Below, piece after piece: positions 20,135-34,300 of a stretch of 64,000 nt of DNA. Location of the stretch: the IMG/VR virus record IMGVR_UViG_3300000301_000027. The stretch is one strand, 5' to 3'. How positions within the stretch are numbered: position 1 is the first letter of the stretch; each line of letters opens with the position of its first letter. The DNA comes from an uncultured virus (IMG/VR IMGVR_UViG_3300000301_000027). Its lineage: Duplodnaviria; Heunggongvirae; Uroviricota; Caudoviricetes; Crassvirales. The notes under the pieces were generated by a model. That model was not told the origin of the DNA and did no database searches. It saw only the letters and a program-made list of their open reading frames with translations. The translations under genes and the position numbers were made by a program.

Positions 20135-21021
20135 AAATAGCTTTTTGTGGTAGAAAAGGAAGTGGGAAGGATACAGCTGCAAAACTCTTAAATTTTTATT
20201 TAAGTGGAGGTAAATCTATAACAGAAGAAGTAAAAGAAGGAACTATTAATAGTATTTTAAGTATAGCTAAAGAACATTTTAGATTTGATACAATATCTTT
20301 TGGAGATAAACTTAAATCTTTGTTACTAGAAATTTATGATTTGTCTAAATCAAACAAGTATCTCTTATATTGTTCTGAAAAAGATAATTTATATTTTGAT
20401 CTAGAAAAAAATTCTATAGAAAATTCAGATTCTGCTTCTAGTATTCCTTTAAGAATATTATTACAACAGACAGCAGATAAAATTAAAAAGAATTTTGGAG
20501 AAGATTATTTTATTAAATCTTTATTTAGAACTATAGAAAATTATGGTAAAAAAGATGTTATAGTTCCAGATTGTAGATATATAAATGAATATGAAGCTTT
20601 AAGAGAAAAAGGATTTTATATTATTAAAATTGAAAGAGATGATATTTTAAAAGATAATCATGATTCTGAGAATTCAGCTGTAAATTTGCCAGATAATATG
20701 TTTGATGCTAAAATTTCTAACAATGGAAGCTTAAAAGATTTAGCATTTACATGTTATGATATTTATTGTGAAATATCAGATTATATGAAAGATGAGGATA
20801 AAATTTTAAAAAAAGATCCTAATGATTTTTTAAAAAATTATTTTTCTAATGCTATAGATCCATTTATAAAATCAGTAAATAATATAATAGAAACAGACAA
20901 ACTTAATTCATGTAGTGCAGATCCATTTTCAGATATGTATTATTATGATTGGAAAAATATAGTTTATAATAATATAAGTGATGATACTATTAGATCTAAA
21001 TTTACTTTGGGTTTTAGATAA
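20131..21021 (+). CDS. deoxynucleoside monophosphate kinase
   Basis: P-loop GRKGSGKDT, SFGDKLK, RILLQ, DCRYINE, HDSE. Confidence 0.85.
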   Translation: MKIAFCGRKGSGKDTAAKLLNFYLSGGKSITEEVKEGTINSILSIAKEHFRFDTISFGDKLKSLLLEIYDLSKSNKYLLYCSEKDNLYFDLEKNSIENSDSASSIPLRILLQQTADKIKKNFGEDYFIKSLFRTIENYGKKDVIVPDCRYINEYEALREKGFYIIKIERDDILKDNHDSENSAVNLPDNMFDAKISNNGSLKDLAFTCYDIYCEISDYMKDEDKILKKDPNDFLKNYFSNAIDPFIKSVNNIIETDKLNSCSADPFSDMYYYDWKNIVYNNISDDTIRSKFTLGFR

Positions 21022-21070
21022 TAAAAATATAAGGAGGAAAGTAGAAATACCTTCCCCCTTAGTTTTTTTT
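21020..21070. terminator. intrinsic terminator at the convergence of the two gene blocks
   Basis: The minus strand reads TAAGGGGGAAGGTA-TTTC-TACTTTCCTCCTTA then TATTTTTATT. The plus strand is followed by a T run, so it is probably bidirectional. Confidence 0.85.
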
Positions 21071-21076
21071 ATCTAT

Positions 21077-24000
21077 CTAGTCTAAACCATACCATTTTAA
21101 TTTTTCATCAATAGTCATAAAATCAAATATTAATCTACTACCTGGAACTAATCTTAAAGTTTTAATAAAGCCTTTATTCCATCCTTTATAATCCCCTTTT
21201 TCATAAGTTTCAAACCATGCACCACTAAAAACATCACTTAATGAATCAACTAATCCTAATATAGCTGTAGGAGATTGAAACATCCTAGTGGTTTCACTAA
21301 ATATACCTAATGGAGATAAAGCAGCTAATTCTGTTCTAGTTCTAGCTAACATAAGTCTAAGTGCTTGTAGTCTTTTTTCATTATCTTCATCAGCTTTTCC
21401 AGCTAATGCTCCAATAGTCATAATCAATATAGTCATTATTCCTAATGTTGCTAATTCTGTAATAGCAATATGCATATTTTGTTTTTGACCATCAGTTAAT
21501 TTATCCCAAGCAGTTAAAATATTAAAATGAGCATCCTTTAAATCATACCATACAAACTTTAATAAAGTATTATAATATCCTTCAGTATAAATGCCTAAAG
21601 AAGTATCTAATTTATTAATAGAATATCTTCTATTAAGGTTAGGACCTAAGAATGATCTAAAGATAGAAAAAGCTCTACCAATACTTCTTGATTGTAATGG
21701 AGCCCTATCTATTTTATCAGTCATACCAAATAATTGAGTGTTTAGTTTTCCTAATCTGTTCATAAAAGCTACTAAATCAGATTTAGTAAAATCACTTCCA
21801 TCTAGATTTTTAGTTCCTTCTTTAATACCAGGAATTCCATTTTTTACTTCAAACTGATCATATAAAGAAACTTTCTTGCCTTCAGAATTCAATACTTTAG
21901 TATTATGAAGCATTGCTATTCCAACACTCATTTTATTACTAAAATCTCCCAATTGTATAGGAAGCATTAAAGAATTGAAAGATAGTCCTCTAAGTAATTT
22001 ATTCTTTACATTAGAATTAAGATCTTTTAATTCTTGATCATAGTCTCCTAACATATCAAAAAATGAAGTGAGATAGAACAATTTAGAATCTGGAGTAACT
22101 GATCCCACTTCAGCTAGATATTCAGGCATTAACTTCATCACTTCTTTTGCAGCAAATGCTCTGTCTTTATAGTCAAAAAATCTTTTAGAGGNNNNNNNNN
22201 NNNNNNNNNNNNNNNNNNNNNNNNNNNNNNNNNNNNNNNNNNNNNNNNNNNNNNNNNNNNNNNNNNNNNNNNNNNNNNNNNNTAAGAATACTTAACTCTC
22301 CAGTTACTTGATTAGCAAAACCTACAAATGGAGAACCTCCCAACATAATATATTGTACAGCATCTCTCACTGCATTTATAGATTTAGCAATATCAAATTC
22401 TCCTTTAATAAAAGGTATTTTAAAAGAACCTTCATTTTTCTGATACTCTCCATATAATCCTTTATCTATAAGATCTTTATATCCTTTATATAGATTTTCT
22501 GCTTTAACTTTACTTTCTCTTTGAATTAATCTGGTGAGAACAGGAATAGTTACTTTAGATTCTAATCCATTACTACCAATTTTAACCAATCTTTCTGATA
22601 AAATATTCTTCCCCACTTCTAGAATATCAATCATTTTAGACTTTAAGTTATAATTAATAGACATATCATAAAATCTAAGTACATTTCCTATTAAATCTGT
22701 AGAAAAAGTGGCATCTTTTATCTTACTTGTATAATAAATAGGTAAGAATTGTACTGTATTACCTTCAAAATCTTGAAGTCTTTCTTCATATCTATACCCA
22801 AATTCATCTTCATCAGCTCTAATTTGAATTGCAGATAAAGCATCTTTAGTTTTAAAAGCTTTAATAAATCCTTCTTGAACAACTCTCTCTCTAAAATCTG
22901 CTCTAATTCTAGGAGCCATATTAGGAGTTACTCCTTTTATATCAGCAGGTAGTAGGTTAAGAGATTCTTTCATAATCTTATTAATAGTATTATAGAATTT
23001 TAATTTAGCAGGGTTATTTTTAATCTCTTCAAAAGCTTTATTCTTTTGTTTAGGATGTGCTAATTCTCCATATACATTAGGAGTATGTATAGTATTACCT
23101 TTAGAATCAATATACTCATTAACATTTTTAGATTTCCATTTCAAAAATTCTCCTCTAGGTAAAGTTTTCTCTTTATTATATATAATATTTTCCCATCCTT
23201 CAACTCTCTCTACATATTTTCTATTAAATTCAGACCATATTTTAGCCCATTCTTTTTGTAATTCTGGATTAGCAATAAAAGCTTTTTCTCTTTCTATTGG
23301 ATTTTCAGGAAATTTTTTTCTTAAAGTTTCCCATAATTTAGATTTAGCAACTTCATAACTAGAATAATCCCATTCTGAATTAAAATTTTGTGAATATTCT
23401 CCATTTATTTTTTCAAATATCCAATCAAAATCTTTAATTCCTGCATCATTTAATTCTTTTACAGCATTTATTAATTGATAATGAACATCTTTAACTTTCA
23501 TTCTTTTTTCACCTTCTGTGTTTTTAAATGCTGTTGCTACTAAATTAATAACTATATCAGGATTATCACTTGCTGAAGATATCCATCTATTAAACCAATT
23601 ATTATCTTTATTAGCTTTTGTTAAACTGTCAATAACTTGTTGTCTAGTTAATTTTTCTCCAAATGGATTTTCAACTTCTGCAAATTTATCAAATTGAGTT
23701 CCTATCCATTTAGCAAAAATATTAAACATCTTTAATTGAAGTTCATCATTAATAGCATTAGATTCTACTAAGAATTCTGAAATTAAAGAATGCATTTTAC
23801 TATTAAATTCTGGATCTGATTTATCTTCTCTTAGGTATCTCTGCATATCTGTAACTATAGGCTGTACAGATACTAAGAAAGATTTCATTCTTCTAGCAAT
23901 ATGGGCAGACTTTGAAATAGAATTACTAGAGAGCAATTCATTCTCTTTATTTAATTGTTCTGTTAATTGTTGCATTACTTTAGAAGCTCCACTAATATAA

Positions 24001-25298
24001 GAAGCTATTCTTTCTTTAATAGTGCCTTTTTCTAAAGCATCATTTAATTCAACTACTAACTTTCTTTGAGCTTCTTTAGTACTAATACTAGATAATTGAT
24101 TTTCATAAATCTTAAGTCTTAAAGCTTCTGTTTCAATAACTTTATTCATAACATCTTCTAAAGATTTAGCTCTATTGCCAATAGAATATAATTTATCTAT
24201 AGAAGATTTTAATAGAGAAGTCTTGTTTAATCCTTTTGCTTTATTGGTCAAAATATCATGAGCAAACTCTTTTAATTCATTATTTAAGAGTTTTTCTAAT
24301 GATGTATTATCTTTAGAACTAAAAATTGATTTTAAGGCATTCCAGAGCCTTTCTAAGAGATTTTTAGCTGGTTTATAAGATAAAGTATTGACATCAATAA
24401 GATATTGTCCTAAAAGCTTTCCTATAGCCTCTTTAGCTAAAAGATCTTCATCTCCTTTATAAGCTAAATTATATTCACTAAATTCATCTCCTAGTATATT
24501 TTTATAAGCTTCATTTTGTTTAATTAGATTCATTAATCTATTAACAAATGGAGAATCATTCATAGCTTCTACAAAAAAATGTGCTCCTTCTTCACCTAAA
24601 GCTTCTAAAGATATTTCATTTTTAGCAAATTTAATGGCCTTATTAGTAATATCTGCAACAGCTAAATAGTCTAAACCATATTGAGATTTTAAAGAGTCAA
24701 CAGTTTGAACTTCTACCCCAAGTTTTTTTAATTCATCTAAGATTCTATTTTTAATAGAATTCTGAATATCAGAAGCAGATAAAGAATATTTAGGATTATT
24801 TTTTATTTCTTTTGCAGTAATATATTTATTTAGAGATCTATCATATAATTGATATTTAGTACCAATAGATACCACATCTACATCTTTTAATCCTGCAGCT
24901 TTAATAGTATTATTTAAATCAATAGCTTGATCAGCTTCTAATTTAAATTGGCCTTTATTATTCATGTGATATCCTTCTACTATATCCATTAAAGCTTCTT
25001 TACCTAGTTCTAATGTTGTAGTATTCTTAATAAGCTCAGCTTTAGGAATATCTGTATTATTATAAGACTCACTATTTAATAATTCTAATGCTGCAGTTTT
25101 TAAAGCATATTCTTTATCATTATATTTTTCAAAATTACTTATATAAGTAGTATTTATATCTCCATCTGCTGTCCTATCTAAGAAATTTCCTTTATTTTTA
25201 TTCCATAAATAATAAGCAGAATCCTCACCAAATAATCTTTTTAATGTTTCAAATTCTTCTTTTACTTGTGGATCATTTAAATTTGGACAAATCTTCAT
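21077..25298 (-). CDS. large virion cargo/ejection protein; one gene interrupted by an N gap
   Basis: After the gap the frame is open (SKRFFDYKDRAFAAKEV) into the 354 aa ORF, with no intergenic space. It has a C-terminal hydrophobic helix and follows the vRNAP, as in crAss-like phages. Confidence 0.7.
22192..22282. other. assembly gap (91 N)
   Basis: Run of N. Confidence 0.99.
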
Positions 25299-25302
25299 AT
25301 TT

Positions 25303-25341
25303 AAAAAATTATAGGGGATTTGATATTATCTCCTCCCCATT
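25303..25341 (-). terminator. weak hairpin or attenuator after the vRNAP
   Basis: ATGGGGA-GGA-GAT-AAT-ATC-AAA-TCCCCTAT then AATTTTTT. The stem has an internal loop. Confidence 0.4.
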
Positions 25342-25345
25342 ATTA

Positions 25346-28300
25346 TTATTTACCTTTACAATGATTCTTTATTTGTTCTGCTTCTTTAGATACTGAAGCT
25401 AGTTTATCAGATAATTCACTATCTAATTCTTCATTATTTTGAGTATTAGTCTCTCCTTCTATCATAGCTTTTACTAAATCTATTTCTGCTTGAGCTTCAT
25501 GTCTTTTTAAATTAGCATTTAATTCTGAAGATTTCATTAGTTTTTCAGATAAATGATTAGAAGTGAAACTTGATTCTCCCTCAATGAATTCAAAAATAGT
25601 TGATGTACCATAGCCACTCACTCTCTGATATTCAGCTGATTCTTTGGTAGCTCCTATTAACTTGTACAATTCTATTTTTCCATTATTATTAAATTTAATG
25701 TATCTATAAGGAGTCTTAATATAAGAACCTTCTTTTATATTAATAGAACTAGAATGACTTAATGTTAATCCTGAATGATCTTTATCAGTAAACTTGTAGT
25801 TATCTCCTTTACTAATTTCAGGGACTATTCTATTATTTCTAAAATTATTTACAATATAAGAATCAATTAGGTTATCTATATTAACTTTAATATTATCACT
25901 AAAAATAGTTTCTCTAAACAATTCATTAAATCCTGGAATATTGTTAATCATAGAAATTGGAACTACATGATTAAAACTATTAGGTGTAACACCCCATCCA
26001 CTAATAACAAAATTATATTTTAATAAGTCTTCAGCTAATTTAGTATATTTAGGAGTTCTCCATAAATATTCAAAAGCTCTAATAGCTTCATCTTTAGCAA
26101 CTTCATTATCAAATCTAGAACCACTAAATTTAATTATAGAAATAGATTGTCTACCATTCAATGTGGTTTGGAATTCATTTTGAACAGTCAATCTTCTAGT
26201 AAACTCATTTATATTTTTAAGATAGTTGTCTTTATTTACAATTTCTAAAAATTTTACAGGAAATTTATATATCCAAGCATTTTTTTGTTCTTTTGTAAAT
26301 TTAAAGAAATCTAGAGACTCTGTTAAATGATTAAGCATTATAGTATTTAATTCATCTATTTCACTTCCAGTTAAGTCATCATGAATAGCTTCTGATAACA
26401 AAGATCTATAAGCTGTAAAAATTCTAGTGTTAAATGGAGTGTATTTTGATATAAAATTATCATATTCTACTACACCATTAGTATTAGCAGAAATTAAAGA
26501 TTTTTTTATATTTGGATCATGCATTAATTTTTCATATTCTTCTCCTCTAGAAACATAAGTTAAAATATCTCCTAAACCTGAAACAATAGTTTTTTTACTT
26601 AGTTTTTTAGCTTTAGCTAAATTGGCTATTGTATCTCCTGGATTAGGTGCTGCTCCATAAGTTTCTGATCTCATTGCTGAGTTAATAGATCTTAAAGTAT
26701 TTGCTGGTTCTATAAGATCTTTAAATGCTTCTAAGATAAGAATTTGTTTTGCATTTTCATATAAATCTATATCACCACCACTCTTACTATAATTTTCTAT
26801 AGCTTTAATGAGATCTGATTGTTTAAATTGAGTAAAACCACTCTTTATAAGATCAAATCTAGATTGTTCATTAGTATGTTTAGAAAATGCTTTAATAACT
26901 TCTTCTATACTATCTCTATAATTAAACATATCTCCTTTAGCCATTACCTTATCAGACAATAATCTTAAAGAAGGTTGAGACATAAAATACATTACTGTTT
27001 TAGGATCAAAACCCATTCTTAATAATAATGTATAAGTACTAGCAGTAAACATATTTAAATTTACTTTAGAAGCAGTTAATGTTTTAGCATTATCTACTAC
27101 TGTAGCTAAGAAAGATCCTAATATATTAGTAACATTATTAGTTCCATCTAATGTTTTAACAGGACTTATTCTTGTTACAGTTTTTCCATCTAATGTAATA
27201 GCACTCTTTTTATTAAGATTAACATTATAGAATTGTAACATAGAATGATTAGCACTGTTAGCTGCAAACACACCTGTTAATGCTTTTCCTGCCATATATT
27301 CATAATAAGTATCTGTTAAGAAACCAGGATCAAATAATCTATCTCCTCCTGATTTTTTCTTTTCTATTTTTTCTAAAGTGCTTATAACATCAGCAAACAT
27401 AGAGGTATTAGCCCCACTTATCATTGTTTTAAATGCATCTCTAGAAGTAAGAATACTATACATAATATCTATTAAAGCATTATTAGATGCTTCTACAGAT
27501 TGTTTTTCAGGAAATTGTTTATAATTATATTTTATTTTTTCTAATTTAGATTTTTGAATTATAAGATCTTGATGTTCTTTTAAGAATTTAGAAACCTCAA
27601 TCATTGCTTCTGTTTCTTCAGTGCTTAGTTTTTCTCCAGAATCATATTTTTCTAATAAATCACTGAGATAATTCATCTCTTCTTGATAATTACCTGATGA
27701 GAAAGTGTCTGATAATAATCCATTATTTACCATCCAAGTTCTTATCTTAGATAGATTATATCTAGCTGGAGTATATTTGGCAGCATAAGATAGAAAATAC
27801 ATCTTATCTACATCAAAATCAGATCCAGTAATAGTAATAATATCAGAAGGCAATTTAATAATACCTCCTTCTGCAGGAGAACTAAATCCTTTAATTCTTA
27901 ATGGAACAGCTGAATATTTATCTTCAGTAGGAATTCTATAACATATTACTTTTAACAATTCTTTATCTTCCACTTTAGATGGATCTATCATGCCATTTTC
28001 ATCTGCTAATTGAGCTAGTTGATTACTATAAGTATAAGGCATAATACAATCAACATATTCTATATGTCCATCTTTCATATGTACTTTTAAAGAATTATCA
28101 AAACCATAAGAAGATACTTGATATAAAGCTCCTCCACTAACTTTATTTCTAATAATATTATTTCTAAAAATAGAAGATATCATTTGAAATATTCTATTAG
28201 ATTGAAGAGGGAAATATAAAGGTAATTTAAATACTTTTTCTCCTTTATAATTCATAAGTTGTACAGCTTCTGTAGTATTTTCAGCAAATTTTCTTTGCAT

Positions 28301-31300
28301 TACTCCACCTTGAAGTTCTCTAGCTAATCCATCTATAGTACCAATTTTATCTATAACTTTCTTATAATTTTTATCATAATTCCATGCTAAAATATCATCA
28401 AATAAAGAAGCAATATTCTTGCCAGTAAATTTCATATCTTCAATATAAAATTCAGCATCTTCATCTAAGTTAGCAATAATATGTTTTCTAATTTGAGATC
28501 CAAATAGCTGTAATGTATCTCTAAAGTGTTCTGGTGTATCCATCTGATACATGTAATCATCATTACTTAAATAATAATATTTAACATTAGTTTCAGATAA
28601 TTCTCTGGGATCGCCATTAAAATGTAATACAGCATCTGGAAGAATAGGTTTACCTTGTTTTCTTAGTTTATCTTTAAGTTCTTGAGAAGTATTTAATTCA
28701 ATACCTTCTTTTACTGCAGATTCAAAGTAAACAGCATCTATACCATTATCTTCCATTCCTTTAACTAGAGCACTTAATAAAGGACTATTTTGCACCATTT
28801 GAGGAATTAATACTGCTTCAGAGTTTTTATTTTGTAGTGGTTGATATAAAGAAGTGTTTTTACCATTTATATCTACTCCAGAATCTGTAATATGAGGAGC
28901 AAACATATATGGTTTAATAGGTTGTAAAGAGAATGTTAAAATATCTTCTACATTATAAGTACCATTTTTTAGTCTTTGATAAGATGATTCTTTAGCATCA
29001 TCCCATTTAGAATTCATTCTAGCAATATTTCTATATCTATCTAATGTGATAAATGTTTGTCCATCTGTGGCATTATTTAAACCACTATCAATAATTTGAC
29101 CATTAGGTAATTTTACTTTCTTATTTCCTTCTGAGTCTGTATAATTAGAATAACCAAATTTAGAAGCAATAATCATAGCTTCTGTTGTTGATACACCATT
29201 TAATTTAAGATTTTCATAATAAGCATCAGCTACTAATGAAGGAATTTCATTATCTTTCATTCTAATAGCTTTAAACTTCTCTGGTATTCCTAAAGTTTCC
29301 CAATCACCATATTGACCAGGAGACATATTTTGTTTATTTCTTTTAAAGAAGTCTACATCATTTTTATAATAAGCTAAATCTCCAGATGTCATAGTCATAA
29401 TACTATATTGAGCTAAAGTATCATTATAATAAAACTCCTTTAATTTACTCTCAGTTATTCTTTTGTCATATTTAGTACCATCTAGATCAGGATTAGATTT
29501 AAATTTCTTAAATCCCTCTTCCATAGCTTCTTCAATATATTTTCTTAAAGTTGCTTCAGAAGTTTTAAGTTCATCAAGATTATATTTATTTAAAAAAGGA
29601 AACATTAAGAATTTAGATCCCCTTCCATCTTTTTCTTTACCTTGATCATTAATAGTAACATCAAAGTTTTTAATACTATAAAGCTTACCTTGTTTAATAA
29701 GGGCTTTTCTCTTATTATAGACTTCAATTCTTCTAATTTCAGCTTTAGCTAGTTCTACTAAACCATCTACAGAATAACTTAGATCATAAGATTTTACAAA
29801 TCTAATTACTGGCATAGAAGAAGCATCTGATGGAATTGGTAACATGAAATAACCATAATCTCTAGCTCCATTATTAAACCATAAATTAATTTTAGATCCT
29901 AAGAAATCAGGTTTACTTAATTCAGAATATCTAGTTTTATCTTTTTCTAGAAACATAGACACTTGAATCTCACTAGCAAGATCTTTAGTTTTTATATTAT
30001 AAAGTTCTTTTAGCCAAGGATGTGTAAATTTACCTTCATTATTAGTATAAAAGAAACTTTTCTTAAAAGGTTCAAATGCACTTTTATCTTCTACATCTGT
30101 AAGTCTTTTAAACAATTTACCTATAAAAGATGGAGTAATATTTGTAGAATATGTCTTTCCATCTTCTCTTAAAGAAGATTCATATAATGATGGTCTAACA
30201 TTAGATAAAGCTTTACTTAATGCTTTTATTCTAACATTAACAGGTAATAATTCAAGATCATAATAAGTATTTCTTCTTATATCATAATCATCTTTATTTA
30301 TGGTATCATGAAAAGCTCTCAACACTCTAAATGAATTCAATAAGAAATCTTGCATTGGCTGAAAGTTAGAATTATCATCATTTAATCTCATATTAGATTG
30401 AAAAACTTTTACTAGTTCTGATGGTTTACTATCTATTCCTATAGTATTCAACATACCAGAAACTTCTCTAGCCCATGCATTGATTTGTGGATTATTAAAT
30501 TTACCAGATTTCCAATTCTTTTTCCAAAGTCTAACTTTATGAAGTCTAAATGGATTACCTGATACTTCTTGATATATTTTATATATTTTATCTGAATTTT
30601 CCTTTAAAGACTTTACAAGCTCTTCTTTATTATGACTAGCTAAAGAATAATTAGAACTCCATATTCTTAACAATTCTCCTGCTTTATTAACACTATTGCC
30701 TCCAAATACTCTCATAGTACCATCACTTTGAGAGCTAATAATCATATATTCTACAGAATCATTTCTGAATGAATTATAAAAATCTACCTGTAATTTAGGA
30801 TTTGATTTTAAAATATCTATAATAGAATCTACCCAAGGAAAACTTTGACTTAAAGATTCTAAAGTCTTCATTAAATCACTAGGTTTATTCATTGTAGATA
30901 GTTTATTTAACATAGTGGCAAAAACTTCTGTACCACTCATATAAGGTTGATATCCTAAATCATCAGGAGATACTAAAGTACCATCAGAAGTCATTTTAGG
31001 AATTCTTCTAATAATATTCCTAGTGCTTTGTCTTAATTTAGTTACTGGAGATATTAACATTTGATCTATTTGCCATCCTTCTTGTTTAACAACTTCTTCA
31101 TTATTCATAAACTCAGTGTTCTCATCTTGTTGATTCATATCCATATCAACAATTTGTTGAGCTTTAAAAGTAATACCTTCTAATGCAGATATTTCTTTTA
31201 ACATATCTAATGCTAATTGACCAAATTGAGGATTTCCATCAGCATCAAATTGAACAAGTTCATCTGTAATTAAATCAATAGCATCTATTTGAATAGGATC

Positions 31301-34300
31301 TGTATAAATAGCATTATCTCCATGTGCAGAAGCATATAATTGATCATGTATAGTTAAAATATAATCTTCTAAAGAATATTGTTTAATGACATCAACTCTA
31401 CTTAGTTCAGGAGATTCTTGAGCTAAATTATCTATAATATCTTCAAAAGTATCTACTAGCATATCTACTCTTCTTTTATAAATAGAAGGAGTGATATTAG
31501 ATAACCAGTTTCTTTCTACTAGAGGTCTATTCTTTTCAAATTTCTTTTTAGAATATCTTCCTCTATTAATATTATAAAATACTTGTTCTATAGAAGGATT
31601 AAGATGTAATTTATTTTTAATTAAGTAATATATATTTTTAAAGAAATCACTAATTCTATCTAAGATAGATTTATTAGTAATTTGATCTGTTTCTACATAA
31701 TCTCTAAATTTATCTGCTAGAGTTTCTTCTACAGCTACATCAGATTTACCAGTTAAACCAAGTTCTTTTCTAGCTTTTTCTAATAATTTATTAGTTTCTG
31801 ATTCTGTTAAAAACATATTAAACACAGCATGAAAAGCTTCATGGTATGTAGTTCCACTAGCAGCTATATCTGATAGTTCTATAATTCCATCTTTAAATCT
31901 TCCCCAAGCATATAAATTACCCACATTAATTAGACCTCTGTGAATCTCAACTAATTCATTGTCTGTTAATTGAGGTAAATTTTCTTTTAACCAAGATAAT
32001 TCTTTGTTTAAATCAGCTTTTTCATAGTTTAAAGGTTCAGACATTAATCTGTATTTGTCATCATCTTTTCCCCATTCAGCTTTTCTAGATAAGTCAGGTT
32101 TAATAAAGTTTTTACCTTTTAACTTATTAGCTAATTTATTATTAGGACCAGATAAGGGACCTCTTTTTTTAGGAGAATTAGATAATTCTTTTACTGCATC
32201 TACAGTTAAAGTTTGTTCAAAAGATTGTTCTACAGGATCTGTAATTTTTTCTTTTGGTTTAGGTTCTTCTATTTTAGTTTCTTTAGTAGGTTCTTTAACT
32301 TCAGATATAGTTTCTTTTACTGGATTAAGATCTACTAAATTTCTATCATATCCAAATGTTGGAGAATGAAATGGTTCACCTGGAAATATATTCATTTGTA
32401 ATGCATCTGAATTCAATAATTCATTCATTATTTTATTTCCAGATTTATTTAAAAGATTATAAGGAATGTTGATTAAAGATTCTTTTACTCTATTAATAGC
32501 TTCTTCTCTAGAAACAGCTTCAACATCTTCATATTCAGATCCATTATATTTTTGAACCATAAAAGGAAGATCTGCACTATTATTTTTCACTAATCTAATA
32601 ACAACATATTTAGATAGTTCATAAGATCCTTTACTAGAAACTTCAGGATCTGAATCTAATATCTTTTTAAAAGCATTATTAATATTAGTCCTATAATAGT
32701 TATGTAGAGCTGAACCTTGTTGTAAAGTATTATATTTTTGAGTGTAAAGTCTTAATGGAAAATAATCTCCATTAGCACTTTGTACCATAGCAAATAAATG
32801 ACCTGTTCTAAAGTTATCAGCAGGTGGTGTATGAAAATTATTCATATCAACACCAGGAATATTAAAAGTATATCCATTAGTTTCTTTTCCTACAACTATA
32901 CCTAACTTAATATCTTCAACATTATCTACTTGTAAAGCTTCTTTAATTGGATAATAATTATCTCCATCATGTGTAATTATACCATAAGATTTACTAGTTA
33001 TAAAAGAAGATACATTACAAGGGATAACTCTTTTACCATTAATTAATACAGGTTCTCCTTGATAACTAACAGCTTTATTATATAATAATGCTCTTTGTTG
33101 TTTAAGTATATGTATTTCTTGATCTGTAGCTTTCCATTCTCTAGCTTTTTTCTCTCTTCTTAACCAACTAATACCATTATTATTTTCATCATATATTAAA
33201 ATATCAGCATCATCTGCACTATGTTGATATTGAAGAAATTCTTCAGGAATACCAAAGAAAACTTTAGATCCTACATTAGCCACTTCAGGTTTAATAGTTT
33301 CATCAAAACTAATATAAGAATTATATTTTATAGAATCCATTCTATTCTGAGGAATAGTTTTTATTCTTTGATTACCTTGAGAATCTGTATATTTATCATA
33401 ACTATATTTAAAAGATACTAATCTTAAAGGATCATTCTGATTATATTCAGTTTCTACATTATCAGATTGTTGACTATTATCTTCTTGTACTGGAATATTA
33501 TCAGGAATATTTTGTGAAGGAGTAACATCTCCATATTGTTTAGATTCTTGTAATCCTTTTATATAGTCTAAAACTTCATTATAAGCCACAAATTCTTCTC
33601 CTCCTAATAATTGATCATTTATAGGAGTTTTGTTCATTAAAGCTTCTTTAATAAGTTCTGCAGCAACAGGCTCTTCTGTAATATCAAAGAATCTAGCTGC
33701 AAAAGCATTAGCTTGTGATTCTGTAGGATTATCTAGATTAAAATCTCTTAAAAGATCATCTTCAGATTTATATATTTTATTAAAAGCTTCTTTAGACAAA
33801 GCACTTGTTTCTGCAGATTTTTTAGCTTCTTCTCTAGCAGCTAAATAATCATTTAGATTAGAAGCACTATTAATAGATTCTACTATATCATTAACTACTT
33901 CATCTTTACTCCTACTTTTATCAGTAATAATATCATTTGAATCTTGTTGAATAGGACCAAATAATTCTTCATTCATTGTAGCAGTAATAGAATCATCTAT
34001 GTCAAATTCAGTTGTTTCTGATATATTTCCAGATTCTGTATCACTATAATCTAAACCTTCATCATTAGATGCTTTAGAATCTACATCTTGTTCAGGAGAT
34101 TCTGAAGATTTGGGTTTTTTCTTATTAACTTTCTCTTCAGTCTTTTCTTCACTAGTCTTAGTAGTTTGTTCTGAGACTTTCTCTTTAGATTTTGGAGAAG
34201 ATTTTTCTTTAGTAGTTTCTTCAGATTCTGTTTTAAGATTTTGCATTTCTGTAAGAAGATCTATAGAAATCATTCTTTCAGCAAAATTCTTTTCTAGATT

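Noticed and set aside
21077..25298. Two separate genes (1037 aa and 354 aa)
   Set aside because: The frame is open from the gap edge into the second ORF, so the split comes from the arbitrary gap length.
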